Source: an uncultured Candidatus Rokubacteria bacterium
GTDB lineage: Bacteria; Methylomirabilota; Methylomirabilia; Rokubacteriales; DASRDR01
Direction of reading: 5' to 3'
Assembly: GCA_963826115.1 (NCBI GenBank)
Contig: CAWGVS010000004.1
Span: forward strand, 96,001 to 160,000
Length of the DNA: 64,000 nt
The translations under genes and the position numbers were made by a program. Below are positions 20,590 through 30,072 of this stretch, piece after piece. The notes beneath the pieces are model-generated. The model was not told the DNA's origin, did not search any database, and saw nothing but the letters and a program-made list of their open reading frames with translations. Each line of letters begins with the position of its first letter. Position 1 is the first letter of the stretch.

Positions 20590-21576
20590 ATGCGCGCGCT
20601 GGTCACCGGCGGCACCGGGTTCACCGGCAGCCACCTCGTCCGGCGCCTGGTGGCGCGGGGCGATCAGGTGCGGGTCCTCGACGCCGCGCCGGGGCTGTTC
20701 CACGACGAGCTGAAGCGCCTCGGCACGGAGATCACGCTCGGTAGCGTCACGGACCGAGCCCTGGTCGACCGGCTGGTCAAGGGCGCGGACGTGGTGTTCC
20801 ACCTCGCGGCGGCGTTCCGGAAGATCAACCTGCCGAAGCGGGAGTACTGGGAAGTCAACTGCCAGGGCACCCGATACGTGGCCGAGTCGTGCCTCGAGCA
20901 CCAGGTGCGTCGGCTCGTGTACTGCTCGACGCAGGGGGTCCACGGACACGTCGCCCACCCGCCCGGTGACGAGAGCTCGCCGATCGCCCCCGAGGACTAC
21001 TATCAGCAGACGAAGTACGAGGGCGAGCAGGCGCTCTGGGAGGTCGCGCGCGGTGGCCTCGAGGCGAGCGTGATCCGCCCGATGGGCATCTATGGCCCCG
21101 GCGACCCGGGCCGCTTCCTCATGCTCTACCGCGCCGTCCAGCGCGGCCGGTTCCTCATGTTCGGTGACGGCGAGACCTTCTACCACCCGTGCTACATCGA
21201 CAATCTCGTCGATTCGTTCGAGCTGGCCGCCGAGCACCCGAAGGCCGTGGGCGAGACGTACCTGATCGGCGACGACCGGTACGTGTCGCTCAACGAGCTC
21301 GTGCGTGGGGTAGGGGAGAGCCTCGGCAAGCCGGCGAAGATCGTCCACCTGCCGTTCGCGCCGCTCTGGGCTGCCTCCGCGCTCTGCGAGGCGGTGCTGA
21401 TGCCGCTCGGCATCGAGCCGCCGCTTTTCCGGCGCCGGGCCGACTGGTTCCGCCAGACGCGCGCGTTCACCATCGACAAGGCGGTGCGGGAGCTCGGCTT
21501 CGTGGCCCGCGTGCCGCTCGCGGAGGGCCTCCGCCGCACGGCGGCCTGGTACCGCGAGCACGGGTACCTCCGCTAG
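20590..21576 (+). CDS. NAD-dependent epimerase/dehydratase (extended SDR, 3beta-HSD-like)
   Basis: LVTGGTGFTG, VFHLAA, YCST.GV.G, YQQTK (YxxxK), IRP..IYGPGD. Confidence 0.92.
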   Translation: MRALVTGGTGFTGSHLVRRLVARGDQVRVLDAAPGLFHDELKRLGTEITLGSVTDRALVDRLVKGADVVFHLAAAFRKINLPKREYWEVNCQGTRYVAESCLEHQVRRLVYCSTQGVHGHVAHPPGDESSPIAPEDYYQQTKYEGEQALWEVARGGLEASVIRPMGIYGPGDPGRFLMLYRAVQRGRFLMFGDGETFYHPCYIDNLVDSFELAAEHPKAVGETYLIGDDRYVSLNELVRGVGESLGKPAKIVHLPFAPLWAASALCEAVLMPLGIEPPLFRRRADWFRQTRAFTIDKAVRELGFVARVPLAEGLRRTAAWYREHGYLR

Positions 21577-21578
21577 CC

Positions 21579-23462
21579 ATGTGCGGCATCGCGGGCGTCT
21601 TCGAGTTCCGTCCGGGCCGGACGACGGCGCCGCACATCCTCGAGTCGATGGCGAAGATGATCGAGCACCGCGGCCCCGACCAGGGCGCCATCTTCCAGGA
21701 CGGGCCGATCGGGCTCGTCGCGCGGCGTCTGAAGATCATCGACCTGTCGCCCGCGGGCTCCCAGCCCGTCCCGAACGAGGACGGCACGATCCAGCTCGTC
21801 TACAACGGGGAGATCTTCAATCACGAGGGCCTCCGCAAGGAGCTCCAGGCGCTCGGGCACCGCTTCCGGGGCCGTTGCGACTCCGAGATGGTCGTGCACG
21901 CCTACGAGGCGTGGGGGCCGCGCTGCGTTGAGCGTTTCCGCGGGTTCTTCGTGTTCGCGCTGTGGGACAGCGTCCGCAAGGAGCTCCTGCTGGCCCGCGA
22001 CCGGATCGGGATCAAGCCCCTCTACTACGCGTGGTCGGAGGACCGCCTGGTCTTCGGCTCCGAGATCAAGGCGATCCTGGAGCACCCGGACGTCCCGCGG
22101 GCGATGGACGTCCAGTCGATGTACCACTACCTCGGCTACGAGTTCGTGCCGGGGCCGGCCACGATGTTCCAGGGGATCCAGAAGCTTCCGCCCGGCACCA
22201 TCGCCCGCGTCCGCGGCGGCCGCCTCGAGATCGAGCCCTACTGGGAGCTCCGGTTCGAGGACTCGCCGGAGGACGCGGCGACGCTCGCGCGCCGGGTCCG
22301 CGAGACGCTGCGCGACTCCGTGCACGCCTGGATGATGTCGGACGTGCCCGAGGGCCTGTTCCTGTCGGGCGGGCTCGACTCGACGGCGGTGCTCGCCTTC
22401 ACGCGCGAGGCCACCACCGGACCGCTGCCGACCTTCACGCTCGGCTACGACGATCCGTCGTTCAGCGAGTGGGAGTACGCGCGCGAGGCGGCGCGCTACT
22501 ACGGGACCGAGCACCGCGAGATCCGGGTGCCCCCGGTCACGCCCGACGTGATCGAGCAGACCGTGTGGCACCTCGACGAGCCCATGACGGACCTCTCGGC
22601 GGTGCCGCTGTTCCTCCTGTGCCGGGAAGCGCGCCGGGACGTGACGGTCTGCATGTCGGGCGAGGGCGGGGACGAGGTCTTCATCGGCTACGACCGGTTC
22701 ATCGCGTCGAAGGCCGATCGCGTCTACCGGCTGCTGCCGCGCGCCCTCCGGCGCGGCGTGATCGAGCCCCTGGTCGCGCGGCTCCCCGACCAGGAGCAGA
22801 AGAAGGGGCCGGTCGTGGTGCTCCGGCGGTTCATCGACGGCGCCCGCCTGGACCCGGACGCGCTCCACATGCGCTGGCAGTACTTCGGCTCGGACGCCCT
22901 CGACGCGCGGCTGTTCCGGGAGACCGTGCTCCGCTCCGTCGACCGCGACCGCTTCGCTCCGATCCGCCGGGCGGTCGAGCGGTGCAACTCCTCGCGGCAG
23001 CTCGACCGCGAGGTCTTCGTGGACACCCGGTTCACGATGCCCGACTCGGTGCTGATGAAGGTCGACAAGATGTCGATGGCGCACGCGCTCGAGATCCGGG
23101 TGCCGCTCCTCGACCACCACCTGATCGAGCTGGCGGCCACGATCCCGCCGCGTCTCAAGTTCCCGGGCTTCAAGACTCGGGCGATCTACCGCCAGGCGCT
23201 GGAGGGCGTGCTCCCGCCGAAGATCCTGCGCCGCGGGAAGCAGGGATACAGCCTCCCGCTCAAGCAGTGGCTCCGGAACGAGCTCCGCGACTACACGGTG
23301 CAGCTGCTCCGGGGGTCAGAGGTTGTGCGCGCCTACCTGGACCCGTCGGGCGTCGAGACGCTGATCGCCGAGCACCTCGCGCGTCGCGCGAACCACAACC
23401 ACACCCTCTGGGCCCTCATCAACCTGACCCTGTGGCATCGTCGGTTCATTGAGGGAGCCTGA
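21579..23462 (+). CDS. asnB: Asparagine synthase (glutamine-hydrolysing)-like amidotransferase, probably amidating a sugar acid
   Basis: MCGIAG Ntn start, HRGPD, RL.IIDL, NGEIFN, ARDR.GIKPLYY, FLSGGLDS, SGEGGDE.F.GY, DKMSMAH.LE.RVP.LD. Confidence 0.93.
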   Translation: MCGIAGVFEFRPGRTTAPHILESMAKMIEHRGPDQGAIFQDGPIGLVARRLKIIDLSPAGSQPVPNEDGTIQLVYNGEIFNHEGLRKELQALGHRFRGRCDSEMVVHAYEAWGPRCVERFRGFFVFALWDSVRKELLLARDRIGIKPLYYAWSEDRLVFGSEIKAILEHPDVPRAMDVQSMYHYLGYEFVPGPATMFQGIQKLPPGTIARVRGGRLEIEPYWELRFEDSPEDAATLARRVRETLRDSVHAWMMSDVPEGLFLSGGLDSTAVLAFTREATTGPLPTFTLGYDDPSFSEWEYAREAARYYGTEHREIRVPPVTPDVIEQTVWHLDEPMTDLSAVPLFLLCREARRDVTVCMSGEGGDEVFIGYDRFIASKADRVYRLLPRALRRGVIEPLVARLPDQEQKKGPVVVLRRFIDGARLDPDALHMRWQYFGSDALDARLFRETVLRSVDRDRFAPIRRAVERCNSSRQLDREVFVDTRFTMPDSVLMKVDKMSMAHALEIRVPLLDHHLIELAATIPPRLKFPGFKTRAIYRQALEGVLPPKILRRGKQGYSLPLKQWLRNELRDYTVQLLRGSEVVRAYLDPSGVETLIAEHLARRANHNHTLWALINLTLWHRRFIEGA

Positions 23463-24453
23463 GCGCGGAGGTCGGGAGGGCGGCCGCCGCGGCCTTCGCC
23501 TCCGGATCGCGGTAAGTCTCGCTCTCCTCGTCCTGCTGGTCCTCTTCGTCGACTGGGGCCGCCTGGGGGCGCGCCTCGGTGCCGCGGATCCGGTCGTCAT
23601 GCTCGTGGTGGTGGTCCTGGCCACGCTGGACCGGCTCCTCATGGCATGGAAGTGGTGGCTCCTGGTGCGGAGCCGGGACGCGGCGCTCGGCCTCTGGGCG
23701 GCGGTGCGCGCCTACTACCTCGCGTCGTTCGCCGGGTACTTCCTGCCCATGACCGTGGGCGCCGACGCCGTCCGGATCGGGGCGCTGGCCGGGACGAGCC
23801 GCGCGGCCGTGCTGGTCGCGTCCGTCGTGCTCGAGCGGCTGATCGGCGCGCTTGCGCAGGCGGTGCTCGCGATCCTGTCGGTGGCGACGCTGGTGACCCT
23901 CGGCCTCGGCGCCCGGGTCGGGCCGGCCGAGCGCTGGGGCCTCGGCGCGGCCGTGGCGCTGGCCTTCCTCGCGTTCCCGTTCTCGTTCCCGATCGCGCGG
24001 CGGGTGGGGGCGCGGTTCGGCGGCGAGGCGGGCTGGCGGCGGGCGCTCCGCGCGCTGGCCGAGCAGTACGCGGGGTACGGCGCCTCCACCGGTCTCCTCT
24101 GCGCGTTCTTCGCGCTGACGCTCCTCGAGAGCGGGTTCCCGGTGGCGATCCACTACGCGTCCGGCCGGGCGCTCGGCCTCGATCCCGGCTGGAGCTTCTT
24201 CATCGCGACCGTGCCGCTCGTCTACCTGGTCGCCCGCCTGCCCGTGAGCCTCGGCGGCCTCGGCTTCCTCGAGCTCTCGTTCGTCTCGCTGGCCGGCCTC
24301 CTGGGCGTGGGCTGGACGGACGCCTTCGCCATCGCGGGGCTCGCGACCGCGCTCTACCTGGTGGCGCTCACGCCCGGCGCGGTGCTGTACCTCATCCCGG
24401 CGCCGGCGCCCGGCCGGCCCGCGCCGAGCCCGTCCGACAAGGGAGCGCGGTGA
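23449..24453 (+). CDS. UPF0104 / LPG-synthase TM-domain protein (putative flippase)
   Basis: KWWLL, FLP.TVG.DAVR, ERL.G, LPVSLGGLG..E; multiple TM helices. Confidence 0.87.
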   Translation: MREPERGGREGGRRGLRLRIAVSLALLVLLVLFVDWGRLGARLGAADPVVMLVVVVLATLDRLLMAWKWWLLVRSRDAALGLWAAVRAYYLASFAGYFLPMTVGADAVRIGALAGTSRAAVLVASVVLERLIGALAQAVLAILSVATLVTLGLGARVGPAERWGLGAAVALAFLAFPFSFPIARRVGARFGGEAGWRRALRALAEQYAGYGASTGLLCAFFALTLLESGFPVAIHYASGRALGLDPGWSFFIATVPLVYLVARLPVSLGGLGFLELSFVSLAGLLGVGWTDAFAIAGLATALYLVALTPGAVLYLIPAPAPGRPAPSPSDKGAR

Positions 24454-25199
24454 CCGGGAGCGACCGGCTCGCGGACGTGCCGGGCGCCCTGTTCGACGCC
24501 CGGCGCTCGAAGGCCGAGCGCTACGCTGACCTCGTCGTCGGCGAGCGTGGATGGTGGCCGCTCCTCCGCTACGAGCTCGTGATGCTGCTCGCCTCGTGGG
24601 TGCCGGGTGCCCTCGGCCTCCTGCTGCGCGCCTGGCTCTACCCGTGGCTCCTCGGCGCGTGTGGCCGGAACGTGAGCTTCGGTACGGGCGTCGTGCTGCG
24701 CCACCCGAGGAAGATCCGGCTCGGCGACGACGTCGCCATCGACGACGGCTGCGTGCTCGACGCCAAGGGCGCGGCCAACCACGGCATCGACATCGGCTCG
24801 CGCGTGTTTCTCGGCCGGCACACCCTCCTCGCGTGCAAGGAGGGGGACATCGTGCTCGAGAACGGAGTCAACATCTCCTACAACTGCACGGTCTTTTCGG
24901 CGTCGTCGGTCCGCATCGGGGCGGAGACGCTGCTCGCCGCGTACTGCTACGTGGTGGGCGGCGGCCACGACTTCGACCGGGTGGACGTGCCCGTCGTCCA
25001 GCAGGCGCGCCCGTCCCGGGGCATCGTCGTCGGCGCGAGCGGATGGCTCGGCGCCGGCGCGATCGTGCTCGATGGCGTGACCATCGGGTCGAGCGCCATC
25101 GTGGGCGCCCACGCGGTCGTGACGCAGGACGTCCCCGACTACGCGATCGTCGCGGGCGCCCCGGCCCGCGTCGTCCGGGACCGGCGCCAGCCCACATGA
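24450..25199 (+). CDS. Hexapeptide-repeat (left-handed beta-helix) acyltransferase
   Basis: From GTG 24450 (GTGA overlap): I.LGDDVAID, IGS.VFLG, GGGH.F, WLGAGAIVLDGVTIG..AIVGA.AVVT.DVP.YAIVAG.PAR. Confidence 0.9.
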   Translation: MTGSDRLADVPGALFDARRSKAERYADLVVGERGWWPLLRYELVMLLASWVPGALGLLLRAWLYPWLLGACGRNVSFGTGVVLRHPRKIRLGDDVAIDDGCVLDAKGAANHGIDIGSRVFLGRHTLLACKEGDIVLENGVNISYNCTVFSASSVRIGAETLLAAYCYVVGGGHDFDRVDVPVVQQARPSRGIVVGASGWLGAGAIVLDGVTIGSSAIVGAHAVVTQDVPDYAIVAGAPARVVRDRRQPT

Positions 25200-26296
25200 G
25201 CGCGCCGGCGGGCGCCCCGCCCGCCGCCCGCCCGGTGCCCGCGGGAGGGCCGGCCCCGGCGCGCCGCGGGCCCCGGGGTCTCGTGCGCGTGGGCCTCGGG
25301 CTCCTGGTCTCGGGCGCCATCGTCGCGTATCTGTTCGAGGCGCAGGGCGTGGACCCGCGGGCGCTCATCCCGCTCGTGCGTGCGATCTCGATCCCGGGCC
25401 TCGTGGCGTACGTGGCGATCTCGGCCGTGGGTCTCCTGCTGCGCGCCTGGCGGTACCGGCTCCTGCTCGGGCGCCCGGTGCCGTTCTGGCCTCTCGTGCT
25501 GGTGACCGCGGTCCGCAACATGGCGGTGGACCTCGTGCCCGCGCGCGCCGGAGCGGCCGCGAGCTACCTCTACCTCATCACCGCGCGCCTGGGGCTGCCG
25601 CTCGAGGCGGGCGTCGCCTCGTTCGCGCTCTCGTTCATCCTCGACACGCTCGCCGTGGCGCCGCTCCTCGTCCTGGCCCTCCTCGCGGTGGGCAGCGGGC
25701 CGCTGCCGCCCGTGGTCCTCGTCGGCGGGAGCCTCGTGATCCTGGCCGGGTCCGTCGCGGCGCTCTGGGCGCTCGGCCCGCTCCTCCGCCTGGGCGCCCG
25801 GATCGCCGGCCGGCTGCCGGGCCGGCTCGCCCGCGTCGCGCCACTCCTGGACGCGGCGGCGGGCGAGGTGGCGCGCCAGGAGCGGACGCGCACGCTCCTG
25901 CCGGCGCTCGGGCTGTCGCTGCTCCTGCGCCTGTCGAAGTACGGCGCGTACTACTGTCTCCTGCGGGCGCTCCTTGCCTCGCAGGGGGACGTGGTCCAGG
26001 GGCTCAGCTTCCTCCGCGTGTTCCTCGCGATCGCCGGCGCCGAGATGGCGGCGTCGCTGCCGCTGCCGACCGTCATGAGCGTCGGGCCCTACGAGGCCGC
26101 CGGCGCGGCGGGGTTCGGCTTCTGGCTGGGCCTCCCGCGGGACCTCGCCACGCTCGCGGTGACCGCGTTCCACGGGCTGTCGCAGGTTCACGACTACGGC
26201 CTCGGGCTGCTCGCGCTCGTGTGGATCATGGCGTCGAGCCCGCGCCGTCCCGTCGACCCGGACCGCCGGGACACGCGGCCGTCGGGCGGTGGGTGA
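25196..26296 (+). CDS. UPF0104 / LPG-synthase TM-domain protein (putative flippase)
   Basis: From ATG 25196 (ATGA overlap): LRAWRYRLLL, RNM.VD.VPAR.G, LP.P...VGPYEA; multiple TM helices. Confidence 0.83.
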   Translation: MSAPAGAPPAARPVPAGGPAPARRGPRGLVRVGLGLLVSGAIVAYLFEAQGVDPRALIPLVRAISIPGLVAYVAISAVGLLLRAWRYRLLLGRPVPFWPLVLVTAVRNMAVDLVPARAGAAASYLYLITARLGLPLEAGVASFALSFILDTLAVAPLLVLALLAVGSGPLPPVVLVGGSLVILAGSVAALWALGPLLRLGARIAGRLPGRLARVAPLLDAAAGEVARQERTRTLLPALGLSLLLRLSKYGAYYCLLRALLASQGDVVQGLSFLRVFLAIAGAEMAASLPLPTVMSVGPYEAAGAAGFGFWLGLPRDLATLAVTAFHGLSQVHDYGLGLLALVWIMASSPRRPVDPDRRDTRPSGGG

Positions 26297-26363
26297 GGCG
26301 CGGCATCGGGACGCCGCGCCTCACCGCGCACGTCGGTTCCCCGCGAGACCGCGCCGAGCCGGG

Positions 26364-26372
26364 TGCTAGAAT
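26364..26372 (+). promoter_or_regulatory. Extended -10 (TGcTAGAAT) upstream of the UbiA gene
   Basis: TGCTAGAAT in the intergenic region, followed by a GAACGCTG tandem and a GGAACGC/GCGTTCC inverted repeat. Confidence 0.5.
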
Positions 26373-26395
26373 CGACGTGTGAACGCTGGAACGCT

Positions 26396-27373
26396 GTGGA
26401 TCGCGTTCCGGGGCGCCGCGTGAGGCAGGAGGTCGACGCGCCGCGGGGCGCGGCGCCGGGGCGCGCTGCCGGCGGCCGCCCACCCGGATCCGGATCGGCG
26501 TGGCTCGACTACCTCCGGCCGCTCCGGTTCGATCACTGGATCAAGAACCTCGTCGTCCCGGTCGGGAGCCTTCTCGCCCTGGCCGCCCACGGCATCTGGC
26601 CCGGCGGGCCCGAGCTCGTGGCGATCCTGCTCGCGTTCGTCGTGTCTGGCCTGGTTTCGTCCGTCAACTACGCGATCAACGAGATCCTGGACGCGCCGTT
26701 CGACGCGCGGCACCCGACCAAGCGCGACCGTCCCATCCCGTCCGGCCGAGTCCGGGTCGCGCCCCTCCTGGTCCTGACCGCCGGCGTCGGCGTGCTCGCG
26801 TTCGCGCTGTCGTGGTGGCTCCTGCCCGCCGGCGTCCTCGGCGGCGCGATCGCGCTCTTCTTCGCGGGACTCGCGTACAACCTCGCGCCGCTCCGGCTCA
26901 AAGACTGGCCGTACCTCGACGCGGTCACGGAGTCCCTGACGAACCCGATCCGTATCGCGATCGGCTGGCACGCGGTCGCGGTCGGGACGCCGCCCACGCT
27001 CCTGCTCGTCACCGTGTGGACATTCGGCGCGTTCCTGATGACGGGCAAGCGCCTGGCCGAGCTCCGCCTCCTCGGCGACCTCGCGGCGCGCTATCGCCCG
27101 ACGTTCCGCGCGTACTCGGTGAGCGGCCTGTTCGCGGTCCAGCTGAGCTACGCGCTCGTGGGGTTGGGGGCGCTCACCTGGCTGGTGGCGGTGCAGCGAC
27201 CCCGGGTCCTGCCGGCCCTCCCGCTCGTGGCGGGGCTTCTTGCCTGGGCGTTCAAGATGACCTTCGAGCCCGAGAGCCCCCTGATCGATCCGGAGCACCT
27301 CTACCGGCGTCCCATCTTCCTCGTCGTCGCCGTCGCGGTCCTGGTCCTCCTGGTCGAGCTGGCCCGCGGCTAG
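26396..27373 (+). CDS. UbiA-family prenyltransferase, decaprenyl-phosphate phosphoribosyltransferase (DPPR synthase)-like
   Basis: LR...HWIKN, YAINE.LD...D.RHP.KR.RPI.SG, AYN....LK, GKR..EL; about 9 TM helices. Start is uncertain. Confidence 0.82.
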   Translation: MDRVPGRRVRQEVDAPRGAAPGRAAGGRPPGSGSAWLDYLRPLRFDHWIKNLVVPVGSLLALAAHGIWPGGPELVAILLAFVVSGLVSSVNYAINEILDAPFDARHPTKRDRPIPSGRVRVAPLLVLTAGVGVLAFALSWWLLPAGVLGGAIALFFAGLAYNLAPLRLKDWPYLDAVTESLTNPIRIAIGWHAVAVGTPPTLLLVTVWTFGAFLMTGKRLAELRLLGDLAARYRPTFRAYSVSGLFAVQLSYALVGLGALTWLVAVQRPRVLPALPLVAGLLAWAFKMTFEPESPLIDPEHLYRRPIFLVVAVAVLVLLVELARG

Positions 27374-27384
27374 GGGCGGCGCGG

Positions 27385-30057
27385 ATGAAGCTCCGCGTCC
27401 ATCTTGCCGTCTACGCGATCTGCCTTGGGCTGGTCGCGCTCTGGACCTGGCCGCTCGCCCACGATCCGGCGCACCTCGTGCCCGACAACACCGATCCGCG
27501 GCTGTTCAGCTGGGTCATGATCTCCGTCTTCCGGAACCTCATCGCGCGGCCGCAGTTCCTGCTCGACGGCGCGGGCTTCTATCCCTACGGCCTGAGCCTC
27601 ACGTTCGCGGAGCCGCTGGTCACCCCGGCGCTGGTGGCGGGCCCGCTCTTCTGGTGGACCGGCAATCCCTACCTCGCGTACAACCTGACGCTCCTCCTGT
27701 TCTGGGCGGCGTCCGGGTGGGCCATGTACGCCGTCGCCTACTGGATCACGCGGCTCCACGCGGCGGCGACCGTCGCCATGCTGATCTTCACGCTGGCCCC
27801 CCCGCGGCTCGCGTACGCGGTCGAGTTCCAGATGGAGATGATGTTCGGTCTGCCGCTGGCGGTGTACGCCCTGGTGCGGTACCTCGAGACGCAGCGGGCC
27901 CGGTTCCTCGTCCTGTTCCTCGCGGTCTTCTGGCTCCAGGCGGTCGCCGTCTGGTACTTCGCCGTGATCCTCGGTATGGGGCTCCCGATCCTCGCGCTCG
28001 CCTACGGCCTCCGGCGCTGGTCGGGCTGGCGCGCGGCGACGCTGCCGGCGGCGGGCGTGGGCGCGGCGGCGCTCGGGCTCGCGCTGGCCCCGGTCGCGTG
28101 GCCGTTCTTCGTGACGCGCCGGGAGTTGGGTCTCGAGCGCGCCATGGGCGATGCGCTCGACCGCTCGGCCAACGTGCTGGGCTACCTGTCGACGAAGGGC
28201 ACGTGGCTCGCGCGGCTCGTCCACGTCGATCACGTGTCGGAGACGACGCTGTTTCCCGGCATCATTGCCCTCAGTCTCGCGGCCCTGAGTGTCGCGTGGA
28301 TCCTCGCGGAGCGAGGGCCCGGCCGGCAGCCCTGGCCCGAGCGGTTCCTCGCCGCGGGCATGGCGGTGAGCCTCGCGACGGCCGTCCTGACGGTGGTCGG
28401 CCACGGCCGCCTCCGTCTCGGCCCGGCGTGGACCCGCCTGCCGTCCATGACGGCGTGCGGTGTCGCGTTCTTCGTGAGTCTGCTCCTCCGGGGCGGCGTG
28501 GCCGGCTGGCGGCGCTGGCAAGCCGGCCTCCGCGACCGCGCGCTCGCGCCCGGCGAGTGGGCGTGGGCGCTCGCCGCCATGGGGCTGTTCGCGTTCCTCC
28601 TCTCGCTCGGGCCGCGGGTGCACGTCGGCACGCGGGCGGCCGGGGCCGGGCTCTATGCCTGGCTCCATCCCTACCTGCTGCCGCTCCGGGCCATCCGCGG
28701 GACGACGCGCTTCGGGCTCCTCGTGCTGACCGTCGTGGCGCTCCTGGCCGCCCTCGGCACGGCCTGGCTGCTTCGCCGGTGGTCTGGGGCCACGCGCTCG
28801 CTCGTGGCGGCGGGCCTCGTGGGCGCGCTGGTCCTCGACTACGTCGCGCCCGCCCAGGACTATCAGTGGATCGAGACCTTCACGCGGCCCGTCGATGCGG
28901 CGCTCCGGGCGGAGCCGGAGGATGTCGCCGTTCTCGAGTGGCCGTTCGGCGACCCCGACGACGAGGTGGACGCGACGCTCCGGACGGTCGGGCACGGGCA
29001 GCGCGTCGTCAACGGCTACGCCGGCTTCGTCCCCGACTTCCAGCGTGACCTCGACGCGCTCCTGACCCTGTCCGGCCCCCGGTTCGGGTCGCCGCCGGTG
29101 CGGACGGCCCTGGCGCGGATCTACCCATTGCACTACCTCATCGTCCGGGACGCCGCGCGCCACCGGGCGCCCGGCGACACCGCGCAGACCGTGGCCGACC
29201 GGTCGGAGGGCTTTCTCCGTTTCCGCGGGACGCACGGCGAGGACGACCTGTACGAGGTCGTGCCGTTGCCCGAGCGCGGGAACGCGGTGGAGCGCGTGGT
29301 GTCGTACGACCTGCTCCGGTCCCGGCCCCTCCTGCGGGCGACGGTCCGTCCCGTCCGCGTACAGGCCGGCGTGGAGCAGTGGGCGAAGCTCACGCTCAAC
29401 AACACGGCGCTGGCGCGCGTGCCCCTCGACGTCCCGACGACGGTGGCGATGCCCCTGACGGCGCCGCTCCGGCGGGCCCGGCCCAACGTCATCGCCTTCG
29501 ACCTGGAGTACCGGCGGCACGGGCCGGCGCTCGGCCCCGCGCACCGGCTCGGCGCGTCGGGGCCGAGCGTGCCCGTGGACGCCGTGGTCCAGAGCGCCGG
29601 GCAGCCGTACGGAGACCGGGCGTCCATCCGCGTCGGCATCGGCGAGCGGGCGCCGAACCGCCGCGGCTACAACCTGGTCGCCATCTCGCCGTCGGGCATG
29701 GTCGAGGATCCGGTTTCCTTCGACACCTTCGAGAAGCCGGCGGCGAGCGCGGAGATGGCCGCGTGGGTGACGGACCTGCCCCTGGGCACGATCGTGCTCG
29801 GCGCGGTCAAGGACGAGGCGTCACTGAGGCTCGGCGCCGACGCGGTCGACGCGCTGGGCACGCTCGGCGTCCGCGGCGACCTGCGGGGCGGCTATCGACA
29901 CTCGCATGCCTTCATCGGGGTGAAGGGCGCGCCGCCCGGGTCGGCGCGGGAGGCGATCGGGCCGCGCGCCGTCGAGGTCCGGGTGGGGGAGCTCGACGCG
30001 CAGTTCGGCCTCGAGCTGGAAGCCTTCGAGCTCGTCCCCGGGCCGGGCGCGCGCTGA
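27385..30057 (+). CDS. GT-C-fold glycosyltransferase with C-terminal ILEI domain, paralog of 17783..20503
   Basis: From ATG 27385: TWPL...NTDPRLFSW, EFQMEM.FG.PLA.YALVR.LETQR, RELGLER, VLEWP, VNGYAGF.P, and RGYNLV...FDTF...GAVKDEA...SHAFIG.KG. Confidence 0.85.
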   Translation: MKLRVHLAVYAICLGLVALWTWPLAHDPAHLVPDNTDPRLFSWVMISVFRNLIARPQFLLDGAGFYPYGLSLTFAEPLVTPALVAGPLFWWTGNPYLAYNLTLLLFWAASGWAMYAVAYWITRLHAAATVAMLIFTLAPPRLAYAVEFQMEMMFGLPLAVYALVRYLETQRARFLVLFLAVFWLQAVAVWYFAVILGMGLPILALAYGLRRWSGWRAATLPAAGVGAAALGLALAPVAWPFFVTRRELGLERAMGDALDRSANVLGYLSTKGTWLARLVHVDHVSETTLFPGIIALSLAALSVAWILAERGPGRQPWPERFLAAGMAVSLATAVLTVVGHGRLRLGPAWTRLPSMTACGVAFFVSLLLRGGVAGWRRWQAGLRDRALAPGEWAWALAAMGLFAFLLSLGPRVHVGTRAAGAGLYAWLHPYLLPLRAIRGTTRFGLLVLTVVALLAALGTAWLLRRWSGATRSLVAAGLVGALVLDYVAPAQDYQWIETFTRPVDAALRAEPEDVAVLEWPFGDPDDEVDATLRTVGHGQRVVNGYAGFVPDFQRDLDALLTLSGPRFGSPPVRTALARIYPLHYLIVRDAARHRAPGDTAQTVADRSEGFLRFRGTHGEDDLYEVVPLPERGNAVERVVSYDLLRSRPLLRATVRPVRVQAGVEQWAKLTLNNTALARVPLDVPTTVAMPLTAPLRRARPNVIAFDLEYRRHGPALGPAHRLGASGPSVPVDAVVQSAGQPYGDRASIRVGIGERAPNRRGYNLVAISPSGMVEDPVSFDTFEKPAASAEMAAWVTDLPLGTIVLGAVKDEASLRLGADAVDALGTLGVRGDLRGGYRHSHAFIGVKGAPPGSAREAIGPRAVEVRVGELDAQFGLELEAFELVPGPGAR

Positions 30058-30072
30058 CCCGGGGCACGCCGC

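Noticed and set aside
21579-23462. AsnB-like protein as a lasso-peptide cyclase or PEP-CTERM/exosortase marker
   Set aside because: It has an intact Cys-initiated glutaminase domain, and no lasso B protein, precursor or exosortase is in the window. The context is glycan tailoring.
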